In this document: piece after piece, positions 46,561 to 55,793 of the stretch
Position numbering within the stretch: position 1 is the stretch's first letter
Layout: every line of letters begins with the position of its first letter
DNA from: Verrucomicrobiota bacterium
Lineage (GTDB): Bacteria; Verrucomicrobiota; Verrucomicrobiia; Opitutales; Seribacteraceae
Direction: 5' to 3'
DNA length: 64,000 bases
NCBI GenBank assembly: GCA_027622665.1
Contig: JAQBYT010000015.1
Location: forward strand, 13,327-77,326
Position numbers and translations under genes: made by a program
The notes under the pieces: generated by a model
Seen by the model: the letters and a program-made list of their open reading frames with translations, nothing else
Database searches by the model: none
Told to the model about the DNA's origin: nothing

Positions 46561-48306
46561 ATGGCGAAGCAGATCGCCACCTTATCAATCGCAATCATAT
46601 TGTTGATTGCGCCAAGTACCGCACAGGCGGTCGAGCCTTTCCGTACATTCAATACGGTTCAAGGCCATTCGATGACTGCTAGATTCATTGGCTACAAAGG
46701 GAATCAAATATACATTGAAGGTCAGGACGGCCAACGTTTCGCACTTCCCTACGAATCACTGCAGCCGGAAGACCAACGCTATTGCAGTGATGCGGTAAGC
46801 AAAAAACGTGTCCTGCAAGGCGTTCCTCCCGTCGCACCCGCTCAGCCCGAAGAACTTGTTCCCACTCCTCCTAGTAATCCTGAACCTAGTCCTACCCCTC
46901 CTGCCGAACCGGAATCCTCTCGGCTTAGGTCAGGATCATTTTTCAGCCACAAGATAGCTCCATTGGGAGTGGACCCCAGCAGCATGCCTGCCGGCGGCGG
47001 GATGCCCGCACCCGGTGAACCCATTGATTTTCAATCCCACATGCTACCGATTATTCAAGATCGCTGCATCGATTGCCATGGAGCGCCATTCCTAAAGAAC
47101 GGAAAAACCATCAATCCCAAAGCAGGTCTACGTCTCGACACCTACGAAATGGTGCTCAAGGGCACCCTCGACGGTCCGGTTGTCAAGCCGGGAAATGTCG
47201 GGGAAAGCGTCTTGATCGAACTAATAACTCTGGCTGAGGACGACTCCGATATAATGCCCCCGAAAGGAGATAAACTCACACCCGAACAAATAGGCGTATT
47301 CACACGCTGGATTGAAGAAGGAAGTAAACCAAGTGCCAACGGAACCGCAACCGCAACCGCAACCGCAACCGCAACCGCAGCAGGTGGATCCTTGCCTGCT
47401 CCAGGTCAACCCGTGGACTATGAAACGCACATTAAGCCGATATTCGCGAAACGCTGCCTCGATTGCCACGGCGAACCCTATGTGAAAAGCGGGCGAACCA
47501 TCAACCCAAAGGCCGGTCTACGTTTAGACACTTATGAGTTGATCATGAAGGGAACCCTCGACGGTCCCGTGGTGCTCTCCAAGAACATAGCGGAAAGCAC
47601 TCTTTATATTCTGGTTAACCCCGAGGAAGCCGACGACACCGAAATCATGCCACCTAAGGGCGACTCGCTCGCTGCCGAGCAAATAGACGCAATTAAACGC
47701 TGGATTCTGGAAGGAGCTCTCCCGAAAGCCGCCGCCACCGCAGTCGACCCCAACGCAGTTCAAGCACCTACAACTGCAACCGCCACAAATAGCTTTCACA
47801 AAGCCACACCACTTGACGAACTGGCTAAAGGAGCCCGCGCCGTGGGGAAACCTCAAATCGCCGCCGCCGAAAAAACAGGGGCGTTCATTACGCCCTTGTC
47901 GCAAAAGCATTCGCTCCTTCGAGTCGAGTTTGCATCCAACGCCCCGAATGTCGACGATTCCGCTCTTCAAAGATTCAGCAATATTCGCAATAATATTTCG
48001 CATCTCGACCTCTCCCGCACGAAGGTCACGGATCGTGGAATGGGAGTTCTCCGGAGTTTCTACAACTTGACATGGCTTAGCCTGCGAATGACCTCTGTGG
48101 GAGACGACGCCCTCACTCCACTCAATAAATTACCTTCTCTTTGGTACATTAACCTCGTTGGAACCGAAGTCACCGATAAGGGAATGCAAACCTTGGCTTC
48201 CATACCATCGCTCAAGGAAATATATCTCTGGAATTCGAAAGTTTCGGAAGACGGCGCAGCTAAATTGCAAGCCGCCCTGCCGGACGCGAAGATAATATAC
48301 AGGTAG
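46561..48306 (+). CDS. Secreted protein: SHD1-like N-terminal domain, two planctomycete cytochrome C (PSCyt1) domains and C-terminal leucine-rich repeats
   Basis: 581 aa. Duplicated ~110-aa modules containing CIDCHG / CLDCHG ...INPKAGLRLDTYE...GTLDGPVV...IMPPKGD. C-terminus is LRR (LDLSRTKVTDRGM..., INLVGTEVTDKGM...). Confidence 0.85.
   Translation: MAKQIATLSIAIILLIAPSTAQAVEPFRTFNTVQGHSMTARFIGYKGNQIYIEGQDGQRFALPYESLQPEDQRYCSDAVSKKRVLQGVPPVAPAQPEELVPTPPSNPEPSPTPPAEPESSRLRSGSFFSHKIAPLGVDPSSMPAGGGMPAPGEPIDFQSHMLPIIQDRCIDCHGAPFLKNGKTINPKAGLRLDTYEMVLKGTLDGPVVKPGNVGESVLIELITLAEDDSDIMPPKGDKLTPEQIGVFTRWIEEGSKPSANGTATATATATATAAGGSLPAPGQPVDYETHIKPIFAKRCLDCHGEPYVKSGRTINPKAGLRLDTYELIMKGTLDGPVVLSKNIAESTLYILVNPEEADDTEIMPPKGDSLAAEQIDAIKRWILEGALPKAAATAVDPNAVQAPTTATATNSFHKATPLDELAKGARAVGKPQIAAAEKTGAFITPLSQKHSLLRVEFASNAPNVDDSALQRFSNIRNNISHLDLSRTKVTDRGMGVLRSFYNLTWLSLRMTSVGDDALTPLNKLPSLWYINLVGTEVTDKGMQTLASIPSLKEIYLWNSKVSEDGAAKLQAALPDAKIIYR
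47344..47373 (+). repeat. In-frame hexanucleotide microsatellite (ACCGCA)x5 encoding a (Thr-Ala)5 linker
   Basis: Direct read of accgcaaccgcaaccgcaaccgcaaccgca, lying between the two PSCyt1 modules. Confidence 0.95.
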
Positions 48307-48511
48307 TGCCGGCAGAGCACCGCTTGCGATGCGGGTTTCACCGGTAAGTAGAAATTTCATTAACAGCGGGATTATCTCTTATCCCGCCGTCAGATCACCC
48401 CATAGGCAATCGAGTCAAAAGTTGTTATTCCCCATGGAACTTTTGGCTGATTAATTGGAAATTCAGTTTGCATAAATCCAATTCAACTTTATAGTATAAA
48501 AAACTATAAAT

Positions 48512-49081
48512 ATGCCAAGAAAAGACAACTTGACGGCACAGGTTTCGGTACTCCTAAACGAAACCGAAAGAAAGATTCTTTCTCAGCAATCCTTCGACGA
48601 AAACAGGTCTATCTCTCAAATCGCTCGGCTCGCCATCCAGAAGCACTTAGATGGACATGAACACCTCATCAAACCCGGCATCAATGGCTCGATCGAGGAA
48701 ATCTTCACGACTCTAGGTCGGCAATTATCCAAGTCCATGGACATCCTTGGAAATCTTCGACTTATGCTGTTCGAGTCGACAATCAAAGGAGGCCATTACT
48801 TGGGAAGTTACGTTTCCGACAACGCAATCGAAATAACGGGATACAACAAAGAAGACCTGTTAGACAGTGATTTCTTCAAATCACGAATTCACCCGCAAGA
48901 CCGTAAACGTTTCATTACGGAGAGCAAACTTGGTATTCAACGAGGTACTTGCGAAGTAAACTTTAGATTCAAGATGCAAAACGGCACCCACGAAATGACG
49001 CGTATCTACTTTTCCTTAAAAGATGGAAATCACATCTTCGGAACTTGGCAGATCATTTCCGAACTCATTTCGCCAGAGTAG
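48512..49081 (+). CDS. Small one-component regulator: N-terminal ribbon-helix-helix (CopG/Arc-like) plus C-terminal PAS domain
   Basis: 189 aa. AQVSVLLNETERKILSQQSFDENRSISQIARLAIQKHL has the RHH pattern. YVSDNAIEITGYNKEDLL...RIHPQDRKRF...EVNFRFKMQNGTHEMTRIYFSLKDGN.IFGTWQII has the PAS pattern. Confidence 0.75.
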   Translation: MPRKDNLTAQVSVLLNETERKILSQQSFDENRSISQIARLAIQKHLDGHEHLIKPGINGSIEEIFTTLGRQLSKSMDILGNLRLMLFESTIKGGHYLGSYVSDNAIEITGYNKEDLLDSDFFKSRIHPQDRKRFITESKLGIQRGTCEVNFRFKMQNGTHEMTRIYFSLKDGNHIFGTWQIISELISPE

Positions 49082-49167
49082 CATCAGTTCTCAAGTTTAA
49101 TTTCGAAAAGTCCACTCAGCGGGCTTTGCAGTTTGTAGGCATTACAGAAACACGCTAGGATACGGAA

Positions 49168-49314
49168 ATGTCGGATCGTGAAGAAAAAACCTATCTCGCC
49201 AAAGCGGAAAGTCGACGTCATCTTATTCTTGTGACGCTAACCAAAGACCAAGCCACCCATCAAGCCATCGACGCCGCTGGCGTTGTCTTTGACCGCGCCG
49301 TCTCGAAGCCATGA
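49168..49314 (+). CDS. Possible 48-aa small ORF translationally coupled to sufS
   Basis: MSDREEKTYLAKAESRRHLILVTLTKDQATHQAIDAAGVVFDRAVSKP. AGGA lies 10 nt upstream. The TGA stop overlaps the sufS ATG (ATGA). Below the 60-aa cutoff of the track. Confidence 0.3.
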   Translation: MSDREEKTYLAKAESRRHLILVTLTKDQATHQAIDAAGVVFDRAVSKP

Positions 49315-50537
49315 CTACCTCTTTCGATCCTGAGACTGTCCGCCGAGACTTCCCCATCCTCGGAAAAAGTTTCCGGGGAAAACCCCTTGCCTACCTCGAC
49401 AACGCGGCTACCTCCCAAAAGCCCAACGGCGTAATCGATGCCATCGCCAACCACTATCGGAAATCCAACGCCAACGTGCATCGTGGTGTCTACGCTCTCG
49501 CGGAGGAAGCGGAAACCGCCTACGTGCATGCCCGTAAGGTCATCGCCGATCATCTCAATGTGGAGGCCGATGAAATCATTTTCGTTCGCGGAACCACGGA
49601 AGCACTCAACCTAGTCGCCCAAAGTCACGCACGCACTCACCTTGGTGAAGGGGACGTCGTCGTGCTCACTACCATGGAGCACCACGCCAACATCGTGCCT
49701 TGGCAACTGGTGAAGAAACAAACGGGGATCGAGATCGAAGTCGTCCCCATCCTTGAGGATGGATCTCTCGACCGCGACGCCCTTAGCTCCCTGCTCGACC
49801 AGCCAAAAGTCAAGCTTCTCTCGCTCTGCCACGTTTCCAACTCGCTCGGCACAGTCAACCCCGTATCTGCAATCGTAGCGGAAGCCAAGGAAAGTGGCGT
49901 CGTCACCGTGATCGACGGCGCCCAAAGCATTCCTCATGGGCCAATCGACCTCCGCGACATCGATTGCGACTTTTTCGCCTTTTCGGGGCACAAGGTATTC
50001 GGACCGATGGGCATCGGAGTCCTTTACGGCAAGAGAGAACTGCTCGCCGACATGCCGCCCTATCAAGGCGGAGGCGACATGATCGACGAAGTGACCTTCG
50101 AGGAAACCACTTTCGCTCCCCCACCCCAACGCTTCGAGGCGGGCACGCCCAACGTCGAGGGCGCCATCGGTCTCGGTGCCGCCATCGAATACCTCGGCAC
50201 CCTCGATCTGGTCGCGGCAGCGGCCCACGAAAATGCCCTGCTCGAGCATGCCACAACCGGAATGGAAGCCCTTCCCGGCCTCACCATTCATGGACATGCG
50301 CCCGGCAAGGCCGCCGTCATTTCCTTCACTGTCGACGGCATCCACCCGCACGACATAGCCACCTTTCTGGATGCCGAGGGCATCGCCATCCGAACGGGTC
50401 ACCATTGCTGCCAACCTCTCATGAAGCACCTCGGTCTCACCGCCACCGCCCGGGCATCCTTTGCCTTCTACAACACGACGGAGGAAGTGGATCGACTGGT
50501 CGAGGCCCTGCAAAAGACAATCGCTTGCTTTCAATAA
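49311..50537 (+). CDS. sufS: Cysteine desulfurase, SufS/CsdA subfamily (class V aminotransferase)
   Basis: 408 aa. HHANIVPWQ, FSGHKVFGPMGIGVLYG, RTGHHCCQPL. Confidence 0.93.
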   Translation: MTTSFDPETVRRDFPILGKSFRGKPLAYLDNAATSQKPNGVIDAIANHYRKSNANVHRGVYALAEEAETAYVHARKVIADHLNVEADEIIFVRGTTEALNLVAQSHARTHLGEGDVVVLTTMEHHANIVPWQLVKKQTGIEIEVVPILEDGSLDRDALSSLLDQPKVKLLSLCHVSNSLGTVNPVSAIVAEAKESGVVTVIDGAQSIPHGPIDLRDIDCDFFAFSGHKVFGPMGIGVLYGKRELLADMPPYQGGGDMIDEVTFEETTFAPPPQRFEAGTPNVEGAIGLGAAIEYLGTLDLVAAAAHENALLEHATTGMEALPGLTIHGHAPGKAAVISFTVDGIHPHDIATFLDAEGIAIRTGHHCCQPLMKHLGLTATARASFAFYNTTEEVDRLVEALQKTIACFQ

Positions 50538-50634
50538 TTCGGGTTTCAAACCTGAAGAAACTTCCAAACCATCTTCCGAAGCTTTACTCTTTCTAGGTTT
50601 ACAACCATCAACGAATCTTAACTCGATCTTAACC

Positions 50635-51210
50635 ATGTTCAAGCAACTCCTCTCCATTCTTCCATTTGTAACGATCCTTCCCCTTGCTCTCCTCGCCAAG
50701 GACGAGGAAGCCAAACCCGCCGGCCCGTTCGCTCAACAGACCATCGACCTCGGAGTGGTTGTCTCTGATCTCGAGAAATCTATCGCCTTCTACAAGGACG
50801 TGGTCGGTTTCAAGGAGGTGGAAGGCTTCAAGGTCGCGGGAGACTTCTCCAAGAAGGTCGGCCTCACCGATGGCGCCGCTCTCGATATTCACGTTCTCGT
50901 CCTCGGTGAAGATGAGACCGCAACTAAACTGAAGGTCATGCAGGTAAAGAGTGAAAAGCCCGCCCCCGTTATTAAGCAACGCCATATCCATACCACCGCA
51001 GGGTTTTCCTACGTCAGCATTTTCGTGACCGACGTCGACGCCGTTCTCGAGCGGGCCAAGAAGGCGGGCATCAAGCCCTACGCCCAAAGCCCGCAGCGAC
51101 TCCCCGAGGGTCTCCCGCAGGACGTCTGCCTACTCATGCTGAAGGATCCCGACGGCAACTTCGTGGAGATCATCGGCCCCCTCACCAAGAAGCTGCAACA
51201 GGTCAAGTGA
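50635..51210 (+). CDS. Secreted VOC (glyoxalase/bleomycin-resistance fold) family protein
   Basis: Signal peptide MFKQLLSILPFVTILPLALLA. IDLGVVVSDLEKSIAFYKDVVGFKEV and LMLKDPDGNFVEIIG. The track's N-terminal extension from 50461 overlaps sufS. Confidence 0.85.
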   Translation: MFKQLLSILPFVTILPLALLAKDEEAKPAGPFAQQTIDLGVVVSDLEKSIAFYKDVVGFKEVEGFKVAGDFSKKVGLTDGAALDIHVLVLGEDETATKLKVMQVKSEKPAPVIKQRHIHTTAGFSYVSIFVTDVDAVLERAKKAGIKPYAQSPQRLPEGLPQDVCLLMLKDPDGNFVEIIGPLTKKLQQVK

Positions 51211-52010
51211 CCTTGTTTCGCAGTCCACGCCCGGCGCTTTTCTTGACCGTCCTCGCAGGCGCTGCTAACCTTGCCTGCAAGGAACCTAAACCGCGAAACG
51301 AGATTCGCGTCGACTTCGACGCCCATCCATCGGGTGCCTACGAGATGCGGGTCTTCCGCAAGGACTGGGGCAACGCCTTCCTCGGTCGGTTCCACAAACG
51401 AGCCGCCATCGAGGTCGAACCCAAGGGCAAGAGCCTCCGCGTAACTTACCCGCAAGGTTCCCTCGGTCCCAACGAGGGAGGCGGTCAATTCCGCGAACGC
51501 TTAGCCCCCCGCAAAGCCTATCGCCTCACCTACCGCGTACTCTTCGAGAAAGGCTTCGACTTTCGCAAGGGCGGCAAGCTACCCGGCCTCGGCGGAGGCA
51601 AAGCCAACACCGGCGGCGACAAACCCGTCGGCGACGGTTGGTCGGCCCGTTACATGTGGGGCGAAAGCGGCAACCTAACGCTCTACCTCTACCACCTCGA
51701 CCAAAAGACCGACTACGGCGACCGCATCGAACTAAAAGCCGAGGCAGTGCCCAGCCATTGGCTCCAGCTCGAACAAGAGGTAACAGTCAACGCTCCCGGC
51801 AAAGAGAACGGAAGCATCCGCGTCCGGATAGACGGCAAACTCGCCCTCGATCAGCAAGGATTGAGCCTCCGCGGAAAGGTGAAAACCGACGTCGCCCTTG
51901 TCGACCAATTCCTCTTCTCTACCTTCCACGGTGGCGGAAGCAGAGACTGGGCACCAAAACGCGATTCTCACGCCCGCTTTGACGACTTCGTCATAAGCAC
52001 GATTCCGTAG
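51207..52010 (+). CDS. Lipoprotein, polysaccharide-lyase-like (PF14099-type fold suspected)
   Basis: 267 aa. Lipobox LAGAANLAC. GGKLPGLGGG...GDGWSARYMW...LYLYH...FSTFHGG pattern, as I recall it from Polysacc_lyase/PL14-like proteins. The GTG start overlaps the VOC stop. Confidence 0.55.
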   Translation: MTLFRSPRPALFLTVLAGAANLACKEPKPRNEIRVDFDAHPSGAYEMRVFRKDWGNAFLGRFHKRAAIEVEPKGKSLRVTYPQGSLGPNEGGGQFRERLAPRKAYRLTYRVLFEKGFDFRKGGKLPGLGGGKANTGGDKPVGDGWSARYMWGESGNLTLYLYHLDQKTDYGDRIELKAEAVPSHWLQLEQEVTVNAPGKENGSIRVRIDGKLALDQQGLSLRGKVKTDVALVDQFLFSTFHGGGSRDWAPKRDSHARFDDFVISTIP

Positions 52011-52297
52011 TATCCTTCGGAAACGCCTTCGGAGGTTCGATGACAGTTCTGGAAAGGGTCAAAACCCGTCTTACTCTATCTTCCGGCGTGACAAATGTAT
52101 CCGCGGGCATGAATCATACCCTAATCCTTATGGAGCAATCTTCCGCACCATTCCAGTGAAAGCTGGCACCAGAGTAGCCGTGCCCTCAGCAAATATGTGA
52201 ATGTAGGGAGTCTGTCGCCCCCTACCCTTTATGATGACGACGATATCTGTCCCTCTATTGTCTTTTCGAGGCATTTGTTTTTTATTTGCCTAGTGCC

Positions 52298-53434
52298 TTA
52301 GACTTTTTCGTATCGCTCGATCCAGTTTTGTGACCATTGTTCGAAGTCTCCCGTAATAATGTGTAGGCGAGCTTGCTCTAGGAGAGAGACGAAGAAGCGA
52401 AGGTTGTGAAGCGTGAGCAGGACTCCTCCTAGGCTTTCCCCTACCGTCACTAGATGTCGCAAGTAGGCTCTTGAGAATTCTCGTGAGGCGAAGCAATCAG
52501 TTTCATCGTCCAAGGGGGAATCGTCTTCGCGAAAGCGTTCATTGCGAAGGTTCAGGCGACCATCGGCGGTGAATGCCGTTGCGTGGCGGGCCGCTCGTGT
52601 CGGCATGACGCAATCGAACATGTCCGCCCCGAGGGCAACCATCTTCAGTAACTGCGGAGGCGTGCCGACCCCCATGACGTAGCGGGGCTTGTCTCTTGGA
52701 AGCAAAGGTGCGCACCACGCCACTTGTTCGAGCATTTCCTCCTCGGTTTCTCCGACGCTGACCCCGCCGATGGCGTATCCCGGAAAGTTGAGGTTAAGGA
52801 GTTCTTCGGTGGAACGACGGCGGAGTGTCTCGAATCGCCCTCCTTGGACTATGCCGAAGAGATTTCGCCTCTCAGCCGGTCCTGCGGTTTCTTGCCAAGC
52901 ATCGGAGCAATTCTTTGCCCAGAGACTCGTGCGCCTTACGGCTTCCTCGACTTCTGCTTTACTCGCTTGGGCGGGAGGACACTCATCGAGACACATGGCT
53001 ACGTCGGAGGCTAACGCATCTTGCATTTCAATGGATTCGCGTGGACCGAGAAAAAGCTTCGTTCCGTCGAGGTGCGACTTAAAGGCGACTCCCTCATCGG
53101 TTAATCTGCGAAGATTAGGGAGACTGAATACCTGAAAACCACCGCTGTCAGTAAGGATGGGACCATTCCAATTCATGAATTTCGATAGTCCCCCCCGTGC
53201 TCTCATGATTTCAGAACCCGGTCTGAGACGGAGATGATAAGTGTTTCCGAGAACGATGCGTGCCTTGACCACCTCGCTGATGTCACGAGGCATGACTCCT
53301 TTGACCGTTCCTTGCGTTCCCACAGGCATGAATGCTGGTGTTGGGACTTCTCCGCGGGGTAGTACCAGCAAACCCGCTCGGGCATCCGATTTGCCGTCTT
53401 TTTTCTCAATGGAAAAAGAGGTTGCGTGTGTCAT
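52298..53434 (-). CDS. tgt: Queuine tRNA-ribosyltransferase (tRNA-guanine transglycosylase)
   Basis: 378 aa. TPAFMPVGTQGTVKG, LGNTYHLRLRPG, ILTDSGGFQVFSL, CVMPTR. Confidence 0.96.
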   Translation of the reverse strand: MTHATSFSIEKKDGKSDARAGLLVLPRGEVPTPAFMPVGTQGTVKGVMPRDISEVVKARIVLGNTYHLRLRPGSEIMRARGGLSKFMNWNGPILTDSGGFQVFSLPNLRRLTDEGVAFKSHLDGTKLFLGPRESIEMQDALASDVAMCLDECPPAQASKAEVEEAVRRTSLWAKNCSDAWQETAGPAERRNLFGIVQGGRFETLRRRSTEELLNLNFPGYAIGGVSVGETEEEMLEQVAWCAPLLPRDKPRYVMGVGTPPQLLKMVALGADMFDCVMPTRAARHATAFTADGRLNLRNERFREDDSPLDDETDCFASREFSRAYLRHLVTVGESLGGVLLTLHNLRFFVSLLEQARLHIITGDFEQWSQNWIERYEKV

Positions 53435-53535
53435 TTTGATTAAGGCAAATCTTGTGTCGAGTAAGTTTTTCCTTCACTCGATCATACAGTTGCTTGTATT
53501 TGATAGACAATTAATCTTTATTGCGAATACGAAAG

Positions 53536-54861
53536 ATGACTCCGTTGCCAAAAATGAAACATGTTGCTGTTTGCCTCTTTGCATTAGTGTTGTGCTGCAG
53601 TTTTATTGCGTCTGCACAAGCTCAGGCAAGGGGCGTTGGAACAAAAACTACTTTTCCCGTAAGCGATGCAGTCGTTAACAGCATCGCCAACGGTGTTATC
53701 GTAGTGGCGGCGCAACGTCTTAGTTTTAACCTTAATGATGCTGCAGCCCTTAAATTGCTTCAGGTCGGCGGGCGTTTGTCGGAGGATAACGATAAAGCCG
53801 TTTTTCTTAAAGGTCTTATGGATGCGGAGCAACCCATCCCTTCAGGAGTTCTCGGAGGAAGGGTAGACGAAGCTGCTCTAGCCAAGTATTTGCTCGACCT
53901 GGCGGGTTCGCAAACCCCCTCCTTCTTTCGGCTGCTTGCCTACAATCTCGCGGGACTACTCCAACCGGGAAACCGAACCGTGATGATTGAATTGCACAAG
54001 GCCAGGCAAATTGGAATCTCTTCAGATCTAGATAGTGTGCTCAAGCAATTGCACTTACCCTACCCGGTCCATTTGGTGAAGGCTCTAGTCCCTCCCGCCC
54101 TTCCGCTTACATCGGCCAAGCGCTTGGCCGAAGGCGCGGTAAAGTTGGCGGAAAGAGAGTTTAATGTGAATCGCCAAAGCCCCAAGGGTTTCGATATGCT
54201 CCAGTTCGCCAAAGCCATTCACCCAGCTAATGAAAATGCCCTCATGCTGGAAGCACTATTAACCAGTGGCCAACCGATCTCAGGTATCTTCACCGAGGTT
54301 ACCGAGCAAGCCTTTTTCGGCTACTTGAACCAAGCAATCGAAACCGCGGAAAATGATGAGAACTTAACTTTGTTGCTGCACAGCGTGATTCTTTTTTACC
54401 AGCCGACTGCCTTTCAATCAGTGGTGGCAATACAACATGCCAAGAAAAAGAATTTATCAACTGAATTTCGTACCATTCTTGGTCGATTCAATGCCGCTCG
54501 CACTTTTGCTTCCACAAAAAAAACAACAAGTCGGCCCGCAAATCCCGCAAATTCGAAATCTCCCTCGCTTGATGATCGACACAGGCAGAGTAATTTAACA
54601 CGTATGCTTGTTGACCGTAAATGGACTCTTGTGAATCGCTCCACCGATGAGCAATGGTTTTTTGAGTTTCGTATTGTTGGCCCAGTTTCGTATGCTCAAG
54701 GTCGCTGCACGGGCAAGCGAGGCACACGCACGCATAATTGGCGCCAGTGGGCGATTCGAGGCGGAGTCCTCATTATCGACAACTACGCTAAGTACGTCTA
54801 CGAAGAATCCTCTAGGCAATGGAAGCAAGCCGACGGGAAGGATACTAGCTATATTCGCTAG
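53536..54861 (+). CDS. Secreted hypothetical protein with an internal ~130-aa duplication
   Basis: Signal peptide MTPLPKMKHVAVCLFALVLCCSFIASAQA. Two similar segments (..LKGLMDAEQPIPSGV..YLLDLA.. and ..LEALLTSGQPISGIF..YLNQAI..). No family recognised. Confidence 0.65.
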   Translation: MTPLPKMKHVAVCLFALVLCCSFIASAQAQARGVGTKTTFPVSDAVVNSIANGVIVVAAQRLSFNLNDAAALKLLQVGGRLSEDNDKAVFLKGLMDAEQPIPSGVLGGRVDEAALAKYLLDLAGSQTPSFFRLLAYNLAGLLQPGNRTVMIELHKARQIGISSDLDSVLKQLHLPYPVHLVKALVPPALPLTSAKRLAEGAVKLAEREFNVNRQSPKGFDMLQFAKAIHPANENALMLEALLTSGQPISGIFTEVTEQAFFGYLNQAIETAENDENLTLLLHSVILFYQPTAFQSVVAIQHAKKKNLSTEFRTILGRFNAARTFASTKKTTSRPANPANSKSPSLDDRHRQSNLTRMLVDRKWTLVNRSTDEQWFFEFRIVGPVSYAQGRCTGKRGTRTHNWRQWAIRGGVLIIDNYAKYVYEESSRQWKQADGKDTSYIR

Positions 54862-54916
54862 CTGTTGACAAGCATCGTCAACCTTTGGATTTGAGTACCC
54901 GTATCAGGGATTTCCG

Positions 54917-55771
54917 GTGAGTGGATTCGACGTTATCGGCGACATCCATGGACATGCCGATCATCTGTTGCGCCTTCTGACCAAGCTTGGTTATGAGCGA
55001 GGGAGTCCAAGCGACTCATTTGCTCATCCTGATGGCCGAATAGTCGCCTTTGTCGGCGACCTAATAAACAGGGGGCCAGCATCCTCTGAAGTAATCGACA
55101 TTGTTCGAGGAATGACGGATGCGGGAACGGCTTTTGCCGTTCTAGGGAATCATGAATTCAATCTTCTTGCCGCAGCCTTTGTGGGGGATAAAAAGGTTCT
55201 GAAGAAATACCGAGAGCACTTGGATTGGTTTCGATCCCTCCCCTTTTCCCTGGAGGTTGGAGGTATAAGAGTGGTTCACGCCGTATGGCATCCGACTTCG
55301 TTAGCGGTGATCGCGGGGCGAACCTGCAGCGACGAAGACTTTTTGCGGAGAGCGATTACCAAGGGAACGCCCGAAGGTCAGGCCGTTCAGACCGTATTGA
55401 AAGGAATCAAGGTTTCCATTCCCGATGACCAAGTGTATTTGGATCGTTTTGGCATTCCCCGATCACGAGGTCGCATCCGCTGGTGGCTCGATCCCCGGGG
55501 ATTATCTTATGCGGACTTGCTCTTTCCGGCCGATGCGGGAGCTTCCGCTTATTCTGGACCTTCGTCCGCAGATTTGCCTGATGCAGAACCTTATCCAAGT
55601 GATGATCCTCCCGTTTTCATTGGTCACTACTGTTTGCCCGTTAGCGAGCCAAAGGTACACGGCAACGTCGCTTGCGTGGACGGATGCGTGACCTGCGATG
55701 GAGTATTGTGGGCCTATCGGTACAATGGCGAACGGACCCTCGACCCGGTACGTCTTGTCCAATCGGATTGA
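54917..55771 (+). CDS. Metallophosphoesterase (PrpE/ApaH-like Ser/Thr phosphatase family)
   Basis: 284 aa, GTG start. DVIGDIHGH, FVGDLINRGP, LGNHEFNLL. Confidence 0.88.
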   Translation: MSGFDVIGDIHGHADHLLRLLTKLGYERGSPSDSFAHPDGRIVAFVGDLINRGPASSEVIDIVRGMTDAGTAFAVLGNHEFNLLAAAFVGDKKVLKKYREHLDWFRSLPFSLEVGGIRVVHAVWHPTSLAVIAGRTCSDEDFLRRAITKGTPEGQAVQTVLKGIKVSIPDDQVYLDRFGIPRSRGRIRWWLDPRGLSYADLLFPADAGASAYSGPSSADLPDAEPYPSDDPPVFIGHYCLPVSEPKVHGNVACVDGCVTCDGVLWAYRYNGERTLDPVRLVQSD

Positions 55772-55793
55772 TGTTGGAAATCTTCGAGTTTAC

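Noticed and set aside
50461-50634. N-terminal extension of the VOC-family ORF (track start 50461), and the 155-aa version of ORF 55794..56261.
   Set aside because: The extensions overlap the 3' end of sufS and the start of the isomerase gene respectively. Internal ATGs give a clean signal peptide (50635) or avoid the overlap (56045).
52011-52297. A 287-nt convergent spacer between the lyase-like gene and tgt. I checked it for small RNA genes (tRNA, SRP, RNase P, tmRNA, 6S) and small ORFs (minus 52274..52128, 48 aa; plus 52040..52159, 39 aa).
   Set aside because: There are no diagnostic RNA motifs or cloverleaf. The mini-ORFs lack a Shine-Dalgarno sequence, motifs and coding bias that I could see. 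Left unassigned.
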